A stretch of 56,498 nt of DNA, filler included, from Stramenopiles sp. TOSAG23-3 (Eukaryota): the NCBI GenBank assembly GCA_900128585.1. It is 6 parts of 6 records of this genome, joined end to end, with 100 filler letters (N's around TTAATTAATTAA, not from the genome) between each part and the next. Parts side by side here need not be neighbours in the genome. Positions count along the whole stretch, not along the records: positions 1 to 16,823 come from LT642476.1; 5 more parts are not named here. The stretch is one strand, 5' to 3'. Of this stretch, positions 1-10,192 are shown one piece after another. The stretch's first letter is position 1. Each line of letters begins with the position of its first letter. The notes under the pieces are model-generated. The model searched no databases, was not told where the DNA came from, and worked only from the letters and a program-made list of their open reading frames with translations. The translations under genes were made by a program, and so were the position numbers.

Positions 1-368
1 AACAACAAACAACGAAAAAAGAGAAGAAAGAAGAAGGCGCGAAATGACATGGACCATTTTAAATAGATAATTAGAATACTTACTATTGTACTTTTGTTTT
101 GTTAAATTTAATATTATTATATATAGAATAAAAGATAAAAGAAGAGAAAAGTCCTCCTCCTCTCCTCTCCAGCTGCTACTTTGGTATTAACGGTGGGGTA
201 CGAAGATTGAATTAGAGAGATATTAATTATACATACATGAGTTTCATTCAAGTATATCTAAATGTATTAATATTGAAAAGTATTACTGTAAGAAATGAAA
301 CTTTCCTTGTTTGTTTTTATTGTTATTGTTTTGTTTATAAAACCGACTAATAGGATAAACCCAACTGT

Positions 369-1247
369 ATGATGATGTTATCGTTTCTCCTTGCGGGGTT
401 GCTGGTTTCAGTGCAAGGGCAACCTCCACCGATGCCAACGCTCACGTTCGGGACTACGATTAGAATTGCCGAGGCCTACCATGATTCGCCCGGTGCAACT
501 GCTGGCGACGGGTGTATTGCAGCGGAAGGACGCCTTCGATCAGGGGGCATAGTAATATCGAAAGTTATTTTTGACGGAATTAAGGGTCGAATGCGACAGA
601 CAAACGCCAGGCTTGAGCGCAAGCCAACGGAAAACGTCACAAATATAGGCAGGTGGGATCGTGCCTCGCCCCGCGAGTGGGACTTGACGACAACCGTGGG
701 GGGTAGTGTAACGTGCGCTAGTGAGCTTTTACCACCCGTGATGTGCCCCAATGGAACTCTTCCTCCCTCGTGCCCTCCCCGTTTTGGATCATGGGGTGGC
801 CTGAACCCGTTTACTTCGATCCTTGGAATGTGGTATCCAAACACGTCAAAGCTTGCATCCTCTTCAACCTACGATTTGTACCAATTCATTGATGTGCAGC
901 GCACGCTGCTCCCAAACGATGGTTGCGGAACTTCTGCATGCACCATGGAACATTGTTCCAAGTGCCGGGGGAAGGATGGCAGCAAATGCACCAAGTGCCC
1001 TTGCGAAAATTGCATCGAAGAGGTTGATGTAACACGGAATTACACCTACAAAGTGGCTAAGGAAACGCAAGCAGATGGCACCCACCAATTGCTTCAATAC
1101 CGATGGACCCAAGGCATGCCTTTTAAGAAGAACGGAGCGACCCCTGGCGTTGGACGGGATTGTTTCATCTTTGATTGGAGTCAAGATTGGACCTCAAAAG
1201 TGGAAGATGGTGACTTTGCTCCACCAAAAGGAATCAAATGTTCATAA
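369..1247 (+). CDS. Secreted Cys-rich protein, possibly ependymin-related/LolA-like fold
   Basis: 292-aa ORF. It has a hydrophobic signal peptide, then PPPMPTLTFGTTI and VIFDGIKGRMR, and ends in DFAPPKGIKC, resembling the FxPPxxC end of ependymin-related proteins. Many Cys. The family call is by motif resemblance only. Confidence 0.6.
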   Translation: MMMLSFLLAGLLVSVQGQPPPMPTLTFGTTIRIAEAYHDSPGATAGDGCIAAEGRLRSGGIVISKVIFDGIKGRMRQTNARLERKPTENVTNIGRWDRASPREWDLTTTVGGSVTCASELLPPVMCPNGTLPPSCPPRFGSWGGLNPFTSILGMWYPNTSKLASSSTYDLYQFIDVQRTLLPNDGCGTSACTMEHCSKCRGKDGSKCTKCPCENCIEEVDVTRNYTYKVAKETQADGTHQLLQYRWTQGMPFKKNGATPGVGRDCFIFDWSQDWTSKVEDGDFAPPKGIKCS

Positions 1248-1251
1248 CTTC

Positions 1252-1276
1252 AAAACAAAATACTGGCTGTTATTTA
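1252..1276 (+). repeat. Dispersed 3'-flank element A, copy 1 (AAAACAAAATACTGGCTGTTATTTA)
   Basis: Shares the TGGCTGTTATTT core and upstream A-run/CAA with 11 other copies. Starts 5 nt after the stop at 1247. Confidence 0.8.
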
Positions 1277-1368
1277 TGTTATTAAAATTTTATCTACTTT
1301 ACCTACTTTAAAATGCTGCCTCCTCCTCCCTGACTAATAATAAAAATATATATTATTATTTAGTGTAG

Positions 1369-1630
1369 TTCTTCTTCTCTTCTTCTTCTTTCTTCTTCTT
1401 CTTTCTTCTTCTTCTTCTTCTTCTTCTCTTCTTCTTCTTCTTCTTCTTCTTCTTCTTCTTCTTCTTCTTCTTCTTCTTCTTTCTTCTTCTTCTTTCTTCT
1501 TTCTTCTTCTTCTTTCTTCTTCTTCTTCTTCTTCTTTCTTCTTCTTCTTCTTTCTTCTTCTTCTTTCTTCATTCTTCTTCTTCTTCTTCGTCTCTTCTTC
1601 TTCTTCTTCTTCTTTCTTCATTCTTCTTTT
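1369..1630. repeat. (TTC)n/(GAA)n polypyrimidine microsatellite
   Basis: About 260 nt of near-continuous TTC/TTTC repeats, read directly. Confidence 0.95.
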
Positions 1631-1988
1631 TTTTTTTATCATTTTATTATTATTTATTATTGATTGTTGTATAATAATATTATATAAAATTATTAAGTCG
1701 TCTTCTAATAATAAAAGAAAAGAACTAAGAAGAATAAGAAGAGAAAGAAAGAAGTAAAAAAAAAAAAAAAACAATTATAAATAATTATAATAGCTATTAG
1801 ATATTATAGTCTAATAAATAATTATTGATTTTTATTATATTTATTATAATAGATACTGTATGATGTGTCTATATATATATATATTTATTTTTTTAAAATT
1901 GTTGTTGTTGTTGTTTTTTTGTTTTGTTGTTGTGTTTTTGATTTTTTTATTGATGATTTTTGAAAAACAATGTTTAAAAAATAGGAAC

Positions 1989-4900
1989 ATGAAAGACATT
2001 GAAATGGGAAAGGGATTTATTGATTTAAATATGCAGGTAAGTGTTCCAGGGGAACGGAAACAAGAGTTCGGCTATTGGGCTATTGAATTGCATTTAATTG
2101 TTTAGGGGCATATATCTGTTTCTTTGAAAGTTGCACCTTTGGTTGCCGAGCCAAGCCCGTCCTTGCACTTCGATCGTGGCCAACAGCGACAACTAGGTTG
2201 GAACATGTCGAACGTCCCATGGCCCACATTCCTGGAATTGGCGTCCCTGAGCGGTAAAGCGCTTGAAGACGGTCTCGAGCGTATATCTGTGAGGCAGCAC
2301 CCGATCGCAGCACGGTTCATCGCGTCGTCTTCAAAATCAAACGAAGAACTCGTCAAGACGCTATCGACGTTTTCGAACAACCTGGTCAACCTTCAGGGAA
2401 GCCCGGAAGAGCTTGGGGTCCGCCTGCTGTACCACGTCTGGAAACAGCTTTGCTTTTGCCGCCGGTATGGGGTTTTGAAGATGGCAAGCAGCATACTCAT
2501 GATTGACACGTTGAAGCACTTGAGGGGGGTGCGGGAGCGGTGCAAGGCCCGGGCAAGCCCCGACCTCGGCGTGTCCTCGGTTGGACCGGACGGGGGAGTC
2601 CTCAAAGTGTCCTTGCTACTTTTGAAGGTCGTCTTGGGGGGCGAGCATCACTCGCCAAAGCTCTTTTTGAACCACGTCCAGGAACTCTTTGATTTTTTGC
2701 AGTGGGCCGATAACGTCGATGCCGAAAGCGGAAAAGAGCTGTCCGGTATTTTGTACCTGTCCCGGCACATCCACGGAGACGTACTGCACCATGTCGACGG
2801 TTTTGATGCGCTGTTTGAATCGTCTGCCGCGCTCGAGCGGCTACGGTCACCGGACGCCGCCGCGCTACAAAAAGAAGCCCGAAGACTGTCGTGGGCAACG
2901 ATCGATACCGATTACGAGAATAGCGTGAACATGTTCGAACCGCCGTCTTGGCCCACGGGAATATTCGGCATGGAGACTGGTATTGACGTCCAGATACATT
3001 CCGTTGCCTCCTGCGTGGGAGTGCCCGTGAAGGCGTCCGTGAGGGAGAAGGAGCCGGGGACGCCGTCGCAATTGAAAGGTTACCTAGTCAATCGGAAAGC
3101 GGCGAAAAGCAGCTTTGCAAAATCTGTCGAAGCGTTCCCGTTCGAAATTATGGGGCGCGTGAAAATGCACCAAAGCAAGGAAGAGGTGAAAGAGAAGAAA
3201 AAAACCGAGTATGAGCAATGGGCATGCCCGGCTTGCACGTACCGAAACAAAGGGGGCGCGGAGACCTGCCAGACCTGTGGCACCAAGTCGCCGCCGAGGA
3301 CAAAATTGGCACAAAAGGGTCGAAACCCGCACGCATTTCATGCATGGATACAAAAGGACGGGAAGACGCTGTTGGGGTGGTTTGGAAACGCTTCGAGGAA
3401 GGAGCAGCGCTGGGTGGGGAAAGTGGTCCAGATAGAGCGCAAAAAGATCGATTTCTTTGTAAGCAAAGACATTGACCGGAAACAGACCTACTCCATCGTT
3501 GACTTTCCAACGTGCCACTCGTCTGGAGGTACGGGGCAGACTGTCGCGCTCGTCGCAGAGGACACCCTGCATTTTTCGGACGGGGATCCGTTCACTTTGC
3601 AATGTTCGATCATGTATGACAGCGCCAAGGCTTCCAATGGTCAAGATCAAGCACTGGTCTCCAATGGGGTGTACGAAATAGGAGTGTCGGGCGACCATCA
3701 GTTGTACGCCCGGTATGGCCCAGACACCATCGCGGCAGAAGCGAATGCCCTCGGCAGTGACAAACACCTCTGGCACCAAGTAACATTTACATGCAACGGG
3801 GCAACATTGTCCTTGTACGTGGATGGGCAGTTGGTAGGGGGCGGAGCTGGCTCTAGTAATCCGAACCAAAGCTGTGTCCCTTCCCAGTTTACCATAGGGT
3901 CGAAACTTGGCCCAGGCAAAATACTCACGAATGCCTACCGTGGCTTAGTGTGCGGGGTGAGAGTGTGGAAGTTGGCCCTGACCTCTGCCCAAGTGTTTGG
4001 TATGGCCTCTGGAAAAATAAACGCAGCGTCCATGAACGGGGTTAATGGGATGATGCTGGCACACTGGCCATTGCTTGACGACGGGACCCGGGCGTCGTTT
4101 CTTTTGGACAGATCAGGCTATGGCCGCCACCTGTCGGCAGCCCAGTCACTGAAGGGCGAAGGCAACGTCGATGCTGGATTTTTTTCACCGTCTATGCGAA
4201 CGGGTGCAGGGTTGAACTTGACCTCGGGAAACCTAGCTCACTTCGTGTCTTCGTGCGGGGAATTCGTCTTAGCGGGTGGTACTGTGGTGGTAGAGAACCG
4301 TAAGATATGTTTGGGCGGCGACAGCAAAGCTGGCGGATTGCACAATCCCGGAGCGATTTGGACTCGGAAAAAGTTACACGTGACAAAAAGCTTAACAGTT
4401 GCCATGTCAATGAAACCGGTCAATACAACGTCTTCCGGAAAACTGGCTGTTTCTATTGCGCTTCAGGCAGGTTCGTGGTGGGATATTGAACCCCTGGTGC
4501 ACGTGGTCAGTCCCATAGGTTTGAAGGTAAACGATACTCCTCCAGTCGCGCCGCAGAACCGATCGCCCCCGTTGCAGCCACCGTCAAATGATCCTCCCCC
4601 CAGCGATGAAGCCATCGCAAATTTTTTGGCATTTTCAGGCGGTGCAGCTTCTCAAAGCGACGCGGTGGCATTTCTGAAGGCCGGGAACAACTCCGTGGAC
4701 CAAGCCATATCGTTGTATTTTGATAAATCCCAGCGGGCACGGATATTGAGCGATTCCGCTGCTGCACAAACGACCAGCATTGCCACACTGACCGCCGCCA
4801 AATCAAATACGCTACCGACGCGACCAGCAACAATTTCAGGCGACCGTGGAAAATTTCGCAGAAAACCCAAAGGACTGTACATCGATGTCATCGAACAAAG

Positions 4901-7900
4901 TTCACACGACAACGGTGGGAAAATAGTCAGAACAATGTCGTTTGTTTTGCGTTTATCGAATTATCAAGGGGAAACAAAACGTGTAGCAGAAGTATCCCGG
5001 GTCTTAAAAAAGGGTTCGTGCCTGAAGATTGCCTACGACTGGGATAGTAAAACCCTGTCCATTCTCCAGTACGCTCGTGAAAACCCAATTGATGTTGTGA
5101 CGTCTTTAAAGATTCATTACGACATTGGAAAAGCGATAGGGGCGGACAACAACCAGCTGTGGGTGGGGATAGGCTCGCCGGGCAACGCCAACGATGGTCC
5201 CCAAAGCGATCCCAGCATCGGCAGCGAGAGCGTTGAGTTGGATTCGTTAGTAATCGATTGCTCTGATACCGAAGTAGGGAACGGTTCGGCCCCTGAGAAT
5301 GCGTTTGACTACACCGATAGCGACAGCGAAGACTACTTTCCAAAAGATAGCGCAGCCGCTAGCGATGGAGAATCGAAAGCCCCGGATGCCACCAAACCCT
5401 CAACGACAGTCAAACCGGTTGGAAATGCAGTCAGCCCAGACGAGGAAGTCAAGTTGAGCAGTTTCATGAGCGTTACCCAAGTCCACGACCGCCAACTGGC
5501 CTTGCGCTGGTTGCGGGGCCACAAAGGCAACAATGACGATGCTGTCATGGCATATTTTACAAACCCGAACAATGTACCGCCTGTTCCGTTGGCTCCACTG
5601 CAAGGTGTGGTAATCGGAGAAACGAAAACGGTCACTCCAACGAGTGCTCAGACGCCTCTGGTGGCAGCACAAGAGGCCGACAACAAACCAAGCAAGGAAA
5701 ATGAAGAGCGCTTAAAACGCCAGGGCGAAACCCTGGATAAAATTCTGGCGCAAAAGATGGCTGAAAGTACCGACAAAACAAGTACTTTGTTGGGCATGAA
5801 TGAGGTGTGGGACACAACGATCGGGGCGCTATCGTTTCGGAAAGGTGCGTTGCAAAACATTGAAATCGTTCAGGGTTTCTCTGCCAAAAATAATTTTAAT
5901 ATATATGCATATAGTACAATGTGGAAGAACGCTGGGCTTGCGGCAGAGCGTCGCTGGTACCTCGAGGGTTGGTGGAGAGACGATCGCTCTAGAAACCGAA
6001 ATCATGTGATGTTCAAGTTTGATGCTGAAACTAAAAACGTCGACGGACTTTTGTTTCGAGGGGACAACATTATCGAATGGAAAGGCACGAGACAGGAAAA
6101 TTCAACACTGTTTCGAAACAGTTGCAAAGATAGCACTGGGTACTGTGGCCTGGTGAATGGAAAAGATAGCCTTACAAACATATGTTTTCAGAATTCTCTG
6201 TTGCAATCTTTGTTCATGGCCCCAAAATTCAGGGTAAAACTACTATCGCTTCCTTTTCAAACGAAAAGCCTGAACGAAGCGGACCAAGTTATTAGTGGTT
6301 TGGCGAAGCTGTATTCCGAATTGCTTGCGGCCGATAAACCGCACGTAGCCTCTCATAATTTCCAACGCGCCCTTCCTTCGTCATCGTTCGGGAGCGGCAG
6401 GCAGCAAGACGTGTCAGAGTTCTGGGACTACCTGGCAAATCAATTTTCCTTGTCAGACCCTTCGTACCAGATCAAGACGGCGGATGGGAACTTGGAAGGC
6501 ATTGCTCAAAATATGTTCGGTTGTTTGACACAGACCAGTATGGAGTGCAAAACGTGTGGCTCGAAGAAGACAGGAAAAGTAGAGCCGTACCTGGGGTTGC
6601 CCCTCTCGTTTCCAACACGCTTCAAAGCGATAACACATTTGAAAGTTGTTAGCGGGAGAGGAACAGATGTCCGGTGCCCCGACGGATACGAGCGTCTTGG
6701 GAACAGCCTCAATAATGGTAGGGAAGACGCTCCCTACATTTTTCTGTGTATAAAACGGGACCCAATGTCCACCGAAGAGCCCATCTCCGACATCACGGTG
6801 TTGCACTGTGCATCGACGGCAATACAGCCGACAATGCTTGGGTGGACCATTCTAGATGGCAATTTAAATGTCGGTGGTCGTTCCACGGCGGATCGCGTAT
6901 ATCTGGCTTACAAGCGGGGAGACGGTTCCCCTATAACAAACATTGATATCCTGTGCGGAAAAGAAACCCATGTAAAGGAAGGGTACAGCAAAATTGAAAA
7001 GGATTTAAACCGGGGAGAGAAGGACCCCGTTTTCCTTTGTTACTTGCAAGACCTTCCCATTCGCGACGTGGTTCTCAGCGACCGTGGACTGTCAGGGTAC
7101 ACATTTATCGACAGACCCCTGAACCCTTCGAGTGAGAAAGACCTATTTTTCCTTCACACGGACCAGGGAAACGATGCCCCTATCACCAGCATCGAACTTG
7201 TAGATAAAGAAGCCTTGGCAGGCTTAAGGGCGGGCGAGCTAAAGGTGCTGTCTGCGGATTTGAACAACAAGGGGAAAGTGCTCATCGCTCGACGTGGGAA
7301 TGGTTGCCCGCTGACAGATATCCACGTATTCCGTGCCCCACATAGCCGCCCTCGCCACGGGTATAATGAATACATTGACCTGATCGAACCGTCAACTGAA
7401 TGGCCTCAACGCTTGAACGGAGAATGGCTATCGCCAAGCACTTCACGCCTGGAGCGAGACCTGGCAAGAAGAAAAATTCAGTTCAAGGCTGGAAGAATGA
7501 TTTCTAACGCTGTACGATTGCAGGGGACTTTCTCTGGAAACGGTGGCGGCGTTATCGAAGGGGCAATGGTATGTTTGCAAGATGGAATCTATCAATCTAT
7601 GTGCACCGTTAAAGGGGTAAATTACAAAGTTGAATCGTTCATAACGGTTCGAACATCTGACAATTTTGAAACCATTGCCGTTGGGGGAGGAATGCTACTC
7701 AATAATATTCCAGGGAAACGGTCCGGGGCAGAACCCTCGCGAAAAGGGTTCATAACCCATGTCATTGCCATAGAAGACAAAGAAAAGGCGCCCGAAGGTT
7801 TTGAAGTGGTAGAATGGTGCGTGAATTCGTCCCTTGATGCCGCGGACTTGAATCGCAACACAGCGGCCAGTAAAAAAGTATTTTTGGCTTTCAAAAGGGA

Positions 7901-9692
7901 TACGGGTGCGCTTCCCATTACTGACATTTCTGTTGTATGGGAGTTTGAAACGATAACCACTGGAAACTTTGAGACTGTGCTCGACTTTGAAGGGAAAAGT
8001 TGCAATTTGAACGAGGGAAGCAGCAGCTCGGCTCTGTTTCTGTGCGTCAAGCGTGCGCCAAGTGTGGGAAACGTAAGTCGCGGTTTGGTCGATATTGCGG
8101 TCTTGCGCGTAGGCGGGGTTTCGTCGGCGAAAGTGCCGGATAAATTCGAAAAGGTGGAGAAATCTGCTGGGAACATGCGGCACACTGCTGACTTAAACGT
8201 TGGTAATAAAGAAGAGCATCGATTGTATTTATGCAAATGCGTAGGTGAAGAACCAGCACAGCCGGTCGATCATGTAGTAAACGGTGTGTACGACACCGAA
8301 GGGGTTTTTGACAGAATAGAGTTAAATGCTATTCTTGTTGCTGATGGGTATCTTGTAAACGGTAAATTTGACATGAACAAGTATGACCAGAACAGGGTGG
8401 AGGGTTCAATGAGAGGGTTTCTTCTTCCAGACGAAAAGCAAAAGACAAGCGATACAAAGCACTTGCGGGACGGGCAGAAAAAATCCGAAACGTGCAAGAA
8501 GTGGGTCCTTGTCGGTTCTTGGAAAGATTCTAGCCACACCACCGATCAACCGTTTGTTCTGAATTTTTTGAACCCATACAGCACTTGCTCGGGGTCGTAC
8601 AGCGATGGCAAAGACACTTACAAGTGGGACTTTGTAAAGGATGACTTTGTTCAAATTGCTTTTAAGCATGACTACAGGTGCAATATGCGGAACGGCGTCG
8701 TAGATTTTGGAAAGCGTTGCTTTCGCCATGATATTTCACAAATGGTCATGGACTTTTTTTCTCCGACGGTAATTCCCGGTCTTGACTGTGAAACATGCGA
8801 GAAGCGCACTACGCATACGAGTCGCCTCCATTGTACAAAAAGCCCAGATCACCTGATGCTCACGGTCAAACGTATGTCCTTTGATTGGCGCACAAACAAG
8901 AACATTAAAAGCCTAATGGATGCGCATTTTAGCATCACCGTTACCATTCCGCGCATCTCTTCCGGGAGCCCAAGTAAATCGATTGCTTCCGAAGACAACA
9001 TGCCCCGTACCTACGGCCTATTCGCGGTGATTGTACATTCGGGAAAAACGTCCAATTCAGGGCACTATTACTGTTACGCCAGGTCTGCGCACGCGGAAGA
9101 TCTGCACAAACCGGACTCCAGCCAGTCTCCATGGATAAAATTTAATGATATGAGGGTAGAATTTGTAGAAGGTGGATTTAATGCTATGAGAAAGACCATC
9201 CGGGAATCCGTGAGTGCCAATGCTTATATACTCTTGTACACTCGTTTACTGGATCCCAAACTGGCCGCAAACTCATCGGCCCTGCCGGGAGAAATACCAG
9301 TGTCGTCCCCAAAAGCCATTAGTGCAGAGCACGTTGCCATAGAAAACGATAGCGATGATGACGAAGAAGCTCTCTTGGCCATGGCGCTTGCGATGTCAAA
9401 TCAAGCTGCATCCCCTGGACCAGGTGCACCAGACGCCGACAACCAGTCGCCGGCGAATGCCGGCGTCGAAACACAGATCGATGATGACGGCAGTGAAGGC
9501 GCGCCACGGTCAGTGGGGCTTGGGCCTTTGCCCGAATGGTATCAGGGCATTGAGAAAGACAATAATATGTTCTGGGCGAATAACGCGTCCAGCACTGACC
9601 AAAGCTGGTCAACCATAATGTCTATGGTTGCCAACTTGGAATGGAGCGAATCAAACGAAAAGGGAAAGGTTCATAGAGTGCATAACGTCTGA
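1989..9692 (+). CDS. Giant ubiquitin-specific protease (peptidase C19): RanBP2-type Zn finger, LamG-like, two UBA-like, USP domain split by MABP repeats, UIM. Predicted exons 1989-2036 and 2106-9692
   Basis: WACPACTYRN...CQTCG (3219-). WHQVTFT...LYVDG LamG-like motif. Two UBA-like segments (AIANFLAFS...AISLYF; KLSSFMSVT...AVMAYF). USP Cys box GLVN...NICFQNSLLQSL (Cys 6183), QQDVSEF, His box VIVHSGKTSNSGHYY (His 9063), WIKFND. UIM DEEALLAMALAMS. Confidence 0.92.
2037..2105 (+). other. Predicted 69-nt phase-0 GT-AG spliceosomal intron
   Basis: CAG|GTAAGT donor and TTGTTTAG|G acceptor. Splicing joins MKDIEMGKGFIDLNMQ in frame to GHISVSLKVAP, giving an ATG to an ORF otherwise called from TTG. 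Confidence 0.75.
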
Positions 9693-9830
9693 ACACTTTA
9701 CAATAGGGGTAAATTACAACCTCTTGTGTTTATAAGATAATTGATAATAATCGACCTTTAAATCCGATCAAGAAAACAAATCAGCAGGCAGTAAGTGGCA
9801 TGTGAAGAAAGTATTAAAAATTTAAAAAAC

Positions 9831-10048
9831 TAATGATATATGGTATGTTTAATATCATAAAAAAAACAACAAGAAAATTGGCTGTATATTTAAGTTAAAT
9901 TTAGCTTCCTCATACCCTAAACCGAAACGAAAAATTGGCTGTTATTTAAGTTGTATCAGTATCTCATAATTAAAAACTTAAAAACAAGAAAATTGGCTGT
10001 TATATTTATAAGTAATTAAATTTAGCTTCCTCATACCCTAATCCTAAA
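9831..10048 (+). repeat. Tandem cluster of three element A copies; two extend into TAAATTTAGCTTCCTCATACCCTAA
   Basis: Copies at ~9868, ~9929 and ~9981, between the convergent USP and kinesin genes. Confidence 0.9.
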
Positions 10049-10192
10049 ATTTGATTAAAACTTTAGTGACAAAAACAAATCACATTGATACAATCAAAAT
10101 ATTTTATTTAAAAAACACAAATATTATTATAGTACATTTTATATTTATTCAAATTGTTTTAAAGTTTTCAGCGTGAGTTACTTCGTTCCGCT

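Noticed and set aside
1334-1774. Poly-E/K/R and poly-F/S ORFs here and at 13927-14203, 16594-17410 and 21336-21539
   Set aside because: These are translations of GAA/TTC microsatellites.
9831-10048. CRISPR-like repeat/spacer look of the element A cluster
   Set aside because: Only three degenerate copies with irregular, partly repeated spacers, in a eukaryotic context with no cas genes.
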